Assembly (NCBI GenBank): GCA_963840855.1
Contig: CAWJBB010000039.1
Coordinates: forward strand, 1 to 64,000
Length of the DNA stretch: 64,000 bases
Source: an uncultured delta proteobacterium
GTDB lineage: Bacteria; Desulfobacterota; Binatia; UBA9968
Direction of reading: 5' to 3'
Part shown: one piece after another, positions 54,190 through 63,280 of the stretch
Position numbering within the stretch: the stretch's first letter is position 1
How the letters are laid out: each line of letters opens with the position of its first letter
Translations under genes and position numbers: made by a program
The notes under the pieces: generated by a model
Seen by the model: only the letters and a program-made list of their open reading frames with translations
Database searches by the model: none
What the model was told of the DNA's origin: nothing

Positions 54190-55953
54190 TCAATTGATCG
54201 GCACATCCCCCACCCCTCCCCCTACGACTATTTGCATCCCTCCGCTCGACTTGTTGATAAACCATGTACCATTGCGGTACACGGCGGCGTCTGTGATCCC
54301 GTCCCCATCATAGTCGGCTGGCACCGGTATATCCTCCGGTAACCCTCCCCAACTCACGAATGTCACCCCGCCATCCGAGGACCGGATAATAAACCACGCC
54401 CCGTCTCGGTACACCGCTACATCTGCTTTGCCGTCCCCATCATAGTCGGCTGGCACCGGTATATCCTCCGGTAACCCTCCCCAACTCACGAATGTCACCC
54501 CGCCATCCGAGGACCGGATAACAAACCACGCCCCGTCTCGGTACACCGCTACATCCGCTTTGCCGTCCCCGTCATAATCCTCTGGCACCGCTACATCCTG
54601 CGCTGCTCCGCCCCAACCCACCACCGTCACTCCTCCACCGGAGTTAAGAACAAACCATGCTCCACTGCGATATATCGCTATATCCGCCTTGCCGTCCCCG
54701 TCGTAGTCCGCAGGTACTGGAATGTCCTGTGCTGCTCCGCCCCATCCCACTACCTGCGACATGCTGTCCGACGACCGTAAGATAAACCAGATGCCGTTTC
54801 GGAAGATTGCTACGTCGTTCTTGCCATCGCCATCGTAGTCCGCTTGCACTGGAATATCTTGGGCTGCTCCGCCCCAACCGACTACGGTGTTTCCACCACG
54901 CGAGTTCGAAATGAACCATGCGCCGTTTCGGTATACCGCTATGTCCGTCTTTCCGTCGCCGTCAAAGTCGGCAGGGGTGGGAATCAGGGGAACGCTCGAA
55001 ACGTTCCACCCCAAATCCGCGAATAGTTCCAAGGTGAGCCCAACGTCACGAAGCGGGCCGGTATACGATGGCTCCATCAGTTCGTTGGGGCTCAACGCCG
55101 TGTCGTAATGCGACACGGAGGAACCGGACTGAGCAGGATTCGGCGCGTACATTTGCACATGGCCACTTGGATGACGCCCGGCGGTCAGGCTGCCGCTGCC
55201 GGCGATTACGTTGAAACCCGTCCAGTGCAGGTTCCCCGTGTTGGTGCTGGCGGCAAGGCGCTCTGCATCTGTCATCTGAGGGTATGACTTGCCGGTTGAA
55301 TGATCTTCAAGCAAGCGCATGTAGGCATCATTGAAACCGTTGAGCTTTTGGCCGGTGTTAAGATTTACGAGAGTTAAAAAACCGAGCCCATGCCCTAGCT
55401 CATGGAGCAACACCGTCACGAAGTCGATTTTTCCCGCCGGCGGGCTGGCATCGAGTCCATAATACCAGCCGCTGTTTTGCAGACAGCCAGGGGTGCCAAT
55501 CGTGCTGCTAAATGTAGCACCGATGTCATTCGAGCCTGGACTTAAATCGCCGCCAAAAAGACTATTCGCCAAGGCTTGAACATACCAGGTGCCAGGCACC
55601 GGCGCGCCGGCGAAGTTCCTATGCGATGTGTTCGGGCCGGCGGACCCGAGAACAGCGCTGTTTGCGCTGCATGATAGCGGATCAAAATTTCCTTCGACCC
55701 GAATTTCCACCGGGCTGGTAATGAGACTCGCCCAGATATTCGTGGCGTGCTGAAACGCTATGAGTCGCTGTTGGCCGATGGTAGTACCGGTATTTCCTCC
55801 AACCGGCGCCGCCATGGTGGGATCATTAAAACCTTCGCCGGGGCCGTCGAGGTTGACGGTAATTATCACCGTCCCTCGCGCAGGTTGCGGGAAAGCGAGG
55901 CCGGCCAAGACGACCAGCGCGCTCGCCCAGATGATCAAACACAATTGTCGCAA
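54190..55953 (-). CDS. Secreted zincin metallopeptidase with 6 FG-GAP-like repeats
   Basis: Signal peptide, HELGHGLGF, GSSVSH.D, LMEP; ends GDVPIN*. Confidence 0.88.
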   Translation of the reverse strand: MRQLCLIIWASALVVLAGLAFPQPARGTVIITVNLDGPGEGFNDPTMAAPVGGNTGTTIGQQRLIAFQHATNIWASLITSPVEIRVEGNFDPLSCSANSAVLGSAGPNTSHRNFAGAPVPGTWYVQALANSLFGGDLSPGSNDIGATFSSTIGTPGCLQNSGWYYGLDASPPAGKIDFVTVLLHELGHGLGFLTLVNLNTGQKLNGFNDAYMRLLEDHSTGKSYPQMTDAERLAASTNTGNLHWTGFNVIAGSGSLTAGRHPSGHVQMYAPNPAQSGSSVSHYDTALSPNELMEPSYTGPLRDVGLTLELFADLGWNVSSVPLIPTPADFDGDGKTDIAVYRNGAWFISNSRGGNTVVGWGGAAQDIPVQADYDGDGKNDVAIFRNGIWFILRSSDSMSQVVGWGGAAQDIPVPADYDGDGKADIAIYRSGAWFVLNSGGGVTVVGWGGAAQDVAVPEDYDGDGKADVAVYRDGAWFVIRSSDGGVTFVSWGGLPEDIPVPADYDGDGKADVAVYRDGAWFIIRSSDGGVTFVSWGGLPEDIPVPADYDGDGITDAAVYRNGTWFINKSSGGMQIVVGGGVGDVPIN

Positions 55954-55966
55954 GGTCCGGCCGTCT

Positions 55967-56431
55967 TTACTTTTTCTCCGCGCCGGCGGGCGCCCGTGAT
56001 TCGTGTTTGAGCGTCACCTTGCCGTCAGCGTCGATCGTCGCCACTAGAGGCATACGAAAATGGCCCTTGAGATCAATCATAACGCCCCCACCTGGTGTTG
56101 GGCTCGCCACCTCATACAACTCAGGGAGCGGTGCTTTGGCGGCATCGGTTGCCTGCGGCTGCGCAACAGCAGCCGCCGGCTGCTCGGGGAGAAATTCCCC
56201 GGTGGTCGGATCGATATGCACGACGATGCCAGCCGCGTCTTCGCTTGCCATGGGGGCAGGCTTCACAGGATCGGAAGCTCGCGACGTGTCTAGTTGTGGC
56301 TGCTCATTTTGCGAGCTGATCACCGGCTCTTCAACGGCTCTCGGCGCCAGCTTGTTGGCGGCACACCCGCCGGCAAAAACAACCGCCAGAGTCAGCAGTC
56401 CGGCATCGCGCCAGAGTCTTGTTTGTTTCAT
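55967..56431 (-). CDS. Small lipoprotein upstream of the peptidase
   Basis: Lipobox-like FAGGC; HIDPTTG and GGVMIDLKGHF..LVATIDADG motifs; ATG 56431 with GAGG RBS. Confidence 0.7.
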   Translation of the reverse strand: MKQTRLWRDAGLLTLAVVFAGGCAANKLAPRAVEEPVISSQNEQPQLDTSRASDPVKPAPMASEDAAGIVVHIDPTTGEFLPEQPAAAVAQPQATDAAKAPLPELYEVASPTPGGGVMIDLKGHFRMPLVATIDADGKVTLKHESRAPAGAEKK

Positions 56432-56537
56432 TCTGTTTTTCCTCGGTCCTGCAGCGATACTCTCTTTAATCGGCAAATTCGTCCTCTCTGCCGCGGATTA
56501 CACACTATACACCTATCGCCGGCTCCAAGCACTCCTG

Positions 56538-57304
56538 CGTATTGAATCATCTAAAATGTAACCCTGAGAGGTATCGTTGACTCATTTAGAATGTAACCCA
56601 CAGATGTTGAGGAATATCAGCAACCGGGGAGGGTTACATTTTCATGAGTGGAAAGTCCAGATGGGATTACCTCAAGGCGATTTACTCACGCTACAAGAAA
56701 GTTTCCAAGCCGCTCAGAGCAAGGATTCTCGACGAGTTCTGTCAGGTTTGCAGCTACAACCGCAAATACGCTATCCGGCTGCTCAATGGTCCAGCGCCGC
56801 AAAAGCCCGAGCTCACAACCGCCAAGGGGCGCCGCCCCACCTATGGTGCGAAAGTCATCTTATCTCTGACGGCCATCTGGGAGGCCGCGGGCTATCCATG
56901 CTCAGCACGGCTCAAAGCTCTCCTACCGTTGTGGCTCCCCTGGGCCATCAAGCGCTTGGCGATTTCGGAGCCAGTTCAAAACCAACTCCTCGCGATCAGC
57001 CCCGCCACCATCGACCGCCGACTCAAGGCCAAAAAGCGCCAACTGAAAAAACGTCTCTACGGGCGCACCAAACCGGGCACGTTGCTCAAGCACCACATTC
57101 CCATCAAAACCGACTCCTGGGATGTCAAAACCCCAGGCTTTACCGAAACCGATCTGGTCTCCCACTCCGGCAACTCCGAAAAGGGCGAGTTCATCCACTC
57201 ACTCAACGTCACCGACATTCATACCACCTGGGTGGAAACTCGCGCCGTAATGGGCAAAGGACAAACCGGAGTGCTTGATGCCATGAAGCAAATCGAACAG
57301 GCCC
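56538..57304 (+). mobile_element. 3'-truncated copy 2 of the rve-type IS (transposase from 56644)
   Basis: Same left end and N-terminus as copy 1; similarity stops after MKQIEQA. Confidence 0.88.
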
Positions 57305-58205
57305 CTAAGCTAGCAAGATACCGCGAGGCATGTCCGTGGCCTGAGAAAATCGAGTCGATCTCCTCCGCGTGGCTATGAATGAAATCGCCAAGGATTTCGA
57401 GTTGAGGCTTATCGAGCAGCCCATGCCATTGCTCGTTACGAGATAGGTCGACCCGATCCCGCACCTGGTCCCGTTCAATACACGGGATCTCCAGTTTTGC
57501 CGCTAGATCCGCCAGTTCTTTCACCGGATCCGCCAAGACTGCTTCTTCGGCGACTTTTATACGAGATTCGGGCGGCAGACGATTGAAAAAGTCGAACACT
57601 GCGCTGTTCGACTCCAACCAATACTCGGCGATATAGAGAATATTACCGCCGGGGAAAATCCTCTCCGATGAGACAGCCGGGCGAGAATCCAATGAAAAGA
57701 ACGCGTTCCAGCAACGACTTCTGGTCGTCTCCGACGGAAATGGCCACCAATGCCAAGTCTGCTGACGCCGCCAGACATCTGCAAACAGCCGCGCCACGCT
57801 CGCCACGACTTGAGGCAAATCACGCGATATCCATATAAACCTTGCGTCCGGAAAAAGCGCCTTGACGAGCGGCAGTTTGTTACATAGATGAGGGTTCTTG
57901 TTCAAGAACGCCGCCCCTTCAACCTTCCCTGTGCAAGCCGCTATGCGTCGGCGAAAGGTTTCTGTCAAAGCTTCTCTTTGTCCGGTTTGAATACCATCCG
58001 AGGAAATTTCCGGGCAGGTGGAATCCCGCGTCTTCGGTGATGCCATAGGGACTCCTGCAACTTCAGACCAGACGTCTTTCAATTCAAATGGGCAGTGGGC
58101 TATGTAGGGTGACTGGCCCAACAACTCAGCCAGCATTGTCGTGCCGCTGCGCATCGTGCCGATGAGAAAAATCGGCCTGTGGATCGGCGGTCTTTGCTTG
58201 GGCAT
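57219..58205 (-). CDS. Sulfotransferase family protein; C-terminus fused to antisense IS sequence
   Basis: PIFLIGTMRSGTT, NKNP, LFPDARFIWISRD...VVAS. Confidence 0.85.
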   Translation of the reverse strand: MPKQRPPIHRPIFLIGTMRSGTTMLAELLGQSPYIAHCPFELKDVWSEVAGVPMASPKTRDSTCPEISSDGIQTGQREALTETFRRRIAACTGKVEGAAFLNKNPHLCNKLPLVKALFPDARFIWISRDLPQVVASVARLFADVWRRQQTWHWWPFPSETTRSRCWNAFFSLDSRPAVSSERIFPGGNILYIAEYWLESNSAVFDFFNRLPPESRIKVAEEAVLADPVKELADLAAKLEIPCIERDQVRDRVDLSRNEQWHGLLDKPQLEILGDFIHSHAEEIDSIFSGHGHASRYLASLGACSICFMASSTPVCPLPITARVSTQVV

Positions 58206-58244
58206 TTACGGTTCACGAAAACCCGGGCCGTTATGGTTGTCGTT

Positions 58245-59123
58245 TCAGAAACCGCCATTATTGAAACGTAAGCATTGCTCTTTCAGCAATCGATCATTGA
58301 ACTGTTGGATGCGCCGATTGACGTTGGGGTATGGGGACGGCTCAATCAAACCTCGCTCATCCACCAGCCAGTGATAATGAATGATCACAGGATCGGTATT
58401 GGCGAAAACCGAATCAAGCGGTTCTTCTCTAAGGTGCGCGGGAAAATTCATGTCGTTGCCAAGGACTTGAAACGACGTTCCGGCAGCCGCGACAGCAAGG
58501 CTAAGGCTTGCCTGCTCACAAAAATAACCGCTTCCTTTCAGCAACTCCATCTGCTCGATCAGGCAGGAATTGATTCGAATCCATTCCGGCACCAGCGCTC
58601 GCATCGATTTGCGCGAGAAAGCCAGCACGCCGCTGTTGAAGTACGGAACGGTCCATTCCCCTCGCACAGTACAGCGTTGGTCGGCGGCAGGCAGCGAGAT
58701 TCCAAAGGCAGCGAACACACTCTCAAAGACGTCAGGAGTCGTTGTGGGATGATCCGCGATCTTAGCGAGGAAATCCGCATCCGAGATCAATCCCGTTGGT
58801 TCGCCGACGACAATCGTATCGCTGTCTAATAGCACCACGCGATCTGAATCGCCGGCCTCCGGAAGCTCCAAAAACCGCAGCTTGTTAGATGGTGGGTGGC
58901 GGGTGCTGACCCGCGGCACGACATGCACTTTCGCGCCGTACTCTTCATATAACGCGCGATAGCTGTGATCTATCTCATCAACCACGCATAGGTGAAAATC
59001 AGCCGCAGACATAGAGCCGGCGAACCAGCGCCATGACTGTAACAACCGCAAAGCTTGTTCAAGGTACTTTGCCGTGTTGTCGGCGACACAACCGACAGTT
59101 AAACTTTCGCCAGGATGAGTCAC
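58245..59123 (-). CDS. GT-A fold glycosyltransferase (GT8-like)
   Basis: NKLRF, LLDSD, YFNSGV, EQASL, IIHYH. Confidence 0.75.
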   Translation of the reverse strand: MTHPGESLTVGCVADNTAKYLEQALRLLQSWRWFAGSMSAADFHLCVVDEIDHSYRALYEEYGAKVHVVPRVSTRHPPSNKLRFLELPEAGDSDRVVLLDSDTIVVGEPTGLISDADFLAKIADHPTTTPDVFESVFAAFGISLPAADQRCTVRGEWTVPYFNSGVLAFSRKSMRALVPEWIRINSCLIEQMELLKGSGYFCEQASLSLAVAAAGTSFQVLGNDMNFPAHLREEPLDSVFANTDPVIIHYHWLVDERGLIEPSPYPNVNRRIQQFNDRLLKEQCLRFNNGGF

Positions 59124-59182
59124 TATTCTCTTACCGTTTGATGCGTTGGAAATGATCTACACCGGTCTTTAATACTGAAGCC

Positions 59183-60563
59183 CACTGCTGTCCAAATTAG
59201 CCGGGGTTTAGACTAGTCGCCATTGATTTTACGTCGTATTTGGAAAAGGTTTTTGTCTGTTTAGAACGAGACCCCCGTTGTGCTGTCCGAATTAGACAAA
59301 CGAAAAAGCGTTCTGGCGGTGTATTGCCTCAGCTTGGGCAGGATTCCCAAAGGGTTGGTTCAACCAAGCCCACAAGTCTCGATAGGTGAACAAGTTCATC
59401 CGCAGCAAGGCCACCAGATTGGAAAGCGACCAGGAGAACTTGGACTTAAGCTTAAGATAGCGCAGAACCAGCATGGCAATCAGTGCCGTCCACACTTGAA
59501 TCTTAACCGCATTGGCGGAAGTTCCCACGAAAGTCTTGATCTTGAGGTTCTGCTTAAGCGCTTTGAAAAACAACTCAATCTGCCAGCGGTCCTTATAGAT
59601 GGCGGCAATGGTAGTGGCTGCGAACTGATCGTGATTGGTGAGAAAGACAAGAACCTGTTGTTTTTCCGCGTCCCATACCTCGATTCTCCGCAATGGGTAG
59701 GGACATTTATCCCAGGCTCCCTCACCACTCAAAATAATGATCTGATCCTTTAGGATAGAGCGATTTTTGGGCATCGGGCGATTCTCGATCACTTCATAAA
59801 GGGCGTTGTCCTTCATGCGGGTGACAAAATAGACTCCCTGTTCGCTCCACATACCAAACAAGCGGTAGTCATTATAGCCCCGATCATCCACTACCACCGT
59901 GCCCGGCTCGAAATAAAGCGTGTGAGCCACCTTGACATCATGAACCTTTCCCTCCGTGACCACCGCAAAACAAGGCAGATACCCATCGTGATCCAAAACC
60001 AAGTGCAGCTTGATGGCTCCCTTGGTGCGGCGAAATTGCGCCCAGTCAAAGATGCTGATGCACAGGTCAATCACCGTGGAGTCTAAACTGACCAGCTTGT
60101 TTTTAAAGCGCAACTTCTTTGCGAAGGGTCCCGCTTCGCGACAGCGTTGAAGCAACCCGAAAAATACTTTTTGGTACAGTTCCCAAGGACGATGTCCGTT
60201 AGCATAGGCTAACGAAGAGCGTTTAGGAGCCTCCTCGATCCCTAGATGGGAAAGTTTCCCTTCACAGCTTAAAAGCCCGTTACAGATCTCGCGAAGCGAG
60301 TGGGCACGGCCCAGTTGGCAAAACAGCATGGAGACAAACTGATCCCAACAGCTAAAGCCGCGGGCATGCCTCTCGGCCTTGGTCTCCTTAACCAGCAACT
60401 GAAAGTCGGATAGAGGAAAAAGTTGGAGAATTTGACTGAACATGCTACAGAATCGATTCATGTTGAGCCTCCTTGTTTTTGGTGGGTTGAGTGGATGACT
60501 TAGACATCACCCACATATACACCCACAGGAGGCTCAACTGCTAAAATTAATTTGGAAAGAGTG
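59183..60563 (-). mobile_element. Complete IS4-family element
   Basis: IRs CACTGCTGTCCAAATTA / CACTCTTTCCAAATTA; 9-bp TSD ACTGAAGCC (59174-59182, 60564-60572). Confidence 0.95.
59292..60461 (-). CDS. IS4 transposase (DUF4372 + DDE_Tnp_1)
   Basis: LDSTVI, KLHL, DRGY, YKDRWQIELFFKALKQ (YREK motif). Confidence 0.95.
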   Translation of the reverse strand: MNRFCSMFSQILQLFPLSDFQLLVKETKAERHARGFSCWDQFVSMLFCQLGRAHSLREICNGLLSCEGKLSHLGIEEAPKRSSLAYANGHRPWELYQKVFFGLLQRCREAGPFAKKLRFKNKLVSLDSTVIDLCISIFDWAQFRRTKGAIKLHLVLDHDGYLPCFAVVTEGKVHDVKVAHTLYFEPGTVVVDDRGYNDYRLFGMWSEQGVYFVTRMKDNALYEVIENRPMPKNRSILKDQIIILSGEGAWDKCPYPLRRIEVWDAEKQQVLVFLTNHDQFAATTIAAIYKDRWQIELFFKALKQNLKIKTFVGTSANAVKIQVWTALIAMLVLRYLKLKSKFSWSLSNLVALLRMNLFTYRDLWAWLNQPFGNPAQAEAIHRQNAFSFV

Positions 60564-61001
60564 ACTGAAGCCAATAATTGGAGCTTCCAATGGTTCGTGT
60601 GCTATTGCATGGACACGCAGCGTGACCTGTTCACCCCCGACTACCCAAGCAAGCGGACCCTCCTTGCCGAGAAATTCAACGCTGGTAATTTGGGCACCAC
60701 CTTTGCCAAATGACGCAGCTTCGGGATCGGTACCGTGCTCTTTGTCAGCCACGACACCGGCTCCGTCAAAAACCTTTGCAACCACGCCATCTGGCTAGAA
60801 AAAGGGGAAGTATTACAAGAAGGCACTCCGAAGGATGTATGCGAACTGTACCTGCAAGCATTTTACGAAGCGCAGCAAGGTAAAAGCAGCATCACAAAAC
60901 TAATAGCAACCAAAAACCATGACACCACTCCCCCCCCTAAAAGACCAGCGCCTGGAATTATTAACGCCAGTAATTTGCGCAACGACCTGCAAATTTTCAA
61001 A

Positions 61002-61231
61002 TCCACCGAAATATCAACGCCAATGACCTTGCCAGCTCTGCGTGCAAGCATCGCGGAGCCGTAGCCTTCGCCACTGGCAATGTCCAGAACCACCTTGCCG
61101 ACAGCAATTTCACAGGCTTGCAGGTATCGATGCAAATGTTCAAGCTCAATATTACCATGCACCTCCGGCACAAATCGTTCACCGGTAAAAGCGAGCACTT
61201 CGGAATTTGCCTTTTTATGTTTATCGTTCAT
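61002..61231 (-). pseudogene. 5' fragment of a methyltransferase(-glycosyltransferase)
   Basis: FTGERFVP..IELEHLHRY..VLDIASGEGYGS..GVDIS, then breaks. Confidence 0.85.
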
Positions 61232-61925
61232 TTTTGATAGTCGCTTCAACGGCTAACGCCGTGGGATATTCGAAACTATGAATCCTGGCACTGGTGAAAC
61301 CAGCCTCAATAGCATACCTCCACATATCGGCCCCGAATTCAGTATATACGGTGTTATCGCTATCTTGTTGAGCAGCAGCACCGTGGTAGCTATTCTTTAA
61401 CCCGACCCGAGAGCGGGTCAATCGCCCGACGACAATCGGAACCGTAAATATGCAGCGTCCGGTTTTCACCAACACGCGACGACACTCAGATAGTCCGGCA
61501 ATAGGATCCGGAACATGCTCTAACGTATCAGAGTGAAGTACCAAATCGAAAATCGCCGGCTCGAATGAAAGGTTGGTCATGTCATATTCCGGGTAGCGCA
61601 CTAACTGGTGATTCGGCAACTTCCTTAACACGGAAGTCAATCCTCCGGCTTCATTGATCTCCAACACCTTGAGTGTTTTGGCGAAATCAGATTCGACAAA
61701 TTGACCTAGCGTCCCGCAAAATTCATAGGCAGATAAAATCGCATTGGCGAGCGCCATGGATCTTAAGTTATTGCCGCATGCCGTACAGCAAAAACCTTGT
61801 TGTCGATTGATGTAATCCGCCTCAAGGGACGATAATTGCCAATCGCTTACCAGCTCAGGCCACAAGACTTCTCGAAACAAGAACTCTCCGCCGCCACACA
61901 CCGGGCAAAAAATTACTTTTCTCAT
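61221..61925 (-). CDS. Class I SAM methyltransferase with Cys pairs
   Basis: CPVC, CTAC..NLR, HSDTLEHVPD, FTVP. Confidence 0.85.
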   Translation of the reverse strand: MRKVIFCPVCGGGEFLFREVLWPELVSDWQLSSLEADYINRQQGFCCTACGNNLRSMALANAILSAYEFCGTLGQFVESDFAKTLKVLEINEAGGLTSVLRKLPNHQLVRYPEYDMTNLSFEPAIFDLVLHSDTLEHVPDPIAGLSECRRVLVKTGRCIFTVPIVVGRLTRSRVGLKNSYHGAAAQQDSDNTVYTEFGADMWRYAIEAGFTSARIHSFEYPTALAVEATIKNER

Positions 61926-63280
61926 GATCGACTTAACTCAATATTTGTCATCGGAATCCCAATTAGCCCATGGCACACACTGGATGAGTGAACTTTGAAC
62001 GCGATGGCTTCATGAATCCAATGATGCTGAACGTGTTCTGCTTGGGTGCCTTCGGCCACAGCCACCGCGACGGTATAGTCGCCTAGGGGCATGACCGGCA
62101 TCACGAAATCGAACCGTGCTTGAAAACATTCTCCGGCTGTAACCGTTATAGGACGCAGTGCATACGTAAGATAGGTGTTGTCAGCAAACACTACCTGACC
62201 AAGCCGATCTTTCAGCATAAATCCAACAATTGGGCTGAATGCGTGTTGCACTGCACGACACTGAATCCTGAGGCTCACCGGCTCACCACCAACTATCCAA
62301 GATAACGAATTCCCGGCGTCATCAAAGAGGCCCACAGCATCAATAATAAGTCCCCCCTTACCGAAACATGCTCCGTTAGGGTCAAACGAAAACAGTTCTA
62401 TGGCATTGCGATGGTCGGATTGGTTGATTAAATCCGACCGCACGTCCCGTGGTGAGGCTTTACTTATCGAGTTTGGAGTTGGCTCTTTAGGTACCTGCTT
62501 CACGCTCGGGCCTTGCTGGGACTCATAGAGCTTTTCAAGGTACTTCTCAGTTACTTTCTTGGGTACCCCCTGTGCTACTATTTGGCCATTGTGCAACCAA
62601 ATAGCGGTTTGACACAAATTGAGGACGGCACCGGTATCGTGGGTGACGAATAAAACGGTTCCTCGTTCCATAAATTTGCGCAGGAAGCGCGTACATTTCT
62701 GCACGAAAAAAACATCCCCGACGCTGAGTGCCTCGTCAATGACGAGAATGTCAGCATCCACATGAGCGATCACTGCAAAAGCCAGCCGCAATAACATACC
62801 GCTAGAATACGTCTTCACGGGTTGTTCGATGAAATCTCCAATATCCGCAAAGGCAACTATCTCGTCAAAGCGCGCGTTGATTTCTTCCCGCATGAGCCCA
62901 AGGACGGCACCGTTCATGAAAACATTTTCCCGGCCGGTGAATTCCGGATTGAAACCGGAACCCAGTTCCAGGAGAGCCGCTACGCGGCCGTTCGTCTCAA
63001 CTATGCCGCTCGTTGGCGCCAGCGTGCCGCAGATGATTTGCAGCAATGTGGATTTTCCCGAGCCGTTGCGCCCGATGATGCCGATGGTTTCGCCTTTCTT
63101 TACCTCGAAAGAAACATCTTTGAGCGCCCAAAACTCCCGGTAGTATTGCTTAGGCGGCTGGCGGATCAACCGCTGCAATCTCGGAAGCGTGGATTGCTTC
63201 AGACGATCCGGCGGCTTGTCATAAATTTCGTAGAGCTTCGATAATTTGGCCACGCGAACGGCGATTTCCTCAGAGGACAT
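61922..63280 (-). CDS. wzt: Polysaccharide ABC exporter ATPase with C-terminal Wzt_C domain
   Basis: GRNGSGKST, YSSGMLLRLAF, DEALSVGD; ~190-aa C-terminal extension; ATG 63280. Confidence 0.93.
   Translation of the reverse strand: MSSEEIAVRVAKLSKLYEIYDKPPDRLKQSTLPRLQRLIRQPPKQYYREFWALKDVSFEVKKGETIGIIGRNGSGKSTLLQIICGTLAPTSGIVETNGRVAALLELGSGFNPEFTGRENVFMNGAVLGLMREEINARFDEIVAFADIGDFIEQPVKTYSSGMLLRLAFAVIAHVDADILVIDEALSVGDVFFVQKCTRFLRKFMERGTVLFVTHDTGAVLNLCQTAIWLHNGQIVAQGVPKKVTEKYLEKLYESQQGPSVKQVPKEPTPNSISKASPRDVRSDLINQSDHRNAIELFSFDPNGACFGKGGLIIDAVGLFDDAGNSLSWIVGGEPVSLRIQCRAVQHAFSPIVGFMLKDRLGQVVFADNTYLTYALRPITVTAGECFQARFDFVMPVMPLGDYTVAVAVAEGTQAEHVQHHWIHEAIAFKVHSSSVCHGLIGIPMTNIELSRS

Larger units (their letters stand above)
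59162..61001. pseudogene. Scrambled remnant of a third wzt (inverted block, IS4 insertion, deletions)
   Basis: GTVLFVSHD..QIFK on + (60729-61001); DPEAASFGKGG..PIIGFS on - (60728-60564); IKDR beyond the IS. Confidence 0.85.

Noticed and set aside
39763-54970. Near-identical repeat pairs as DGR template/variable regions or a CRISPR array
   Set aside because: All copies are in-frame coding blades, differences are not confined to adenines by eye, and no reverse transcriptase or cas gene is present.
29015-55953. PEP-CTERM, sortase, autotransporter or T9SS C-terminal signals on the secreted proteins
   Set aside because: No TM helix plus basic tail or recognisable barrel/CTD; the proteins end on the last repeat strand.
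60729-61001. Shufflon or phase-variable invertible switch
   Set aside because: No inverted recombination sites or invertase, and neither orientation restores a full gene.
60735-61064. Plus-strand ORF as an independent small gene
   Set aside because: It is the inverted internal block of a wzt pseudogene running into antisense methyltransferase sequence.
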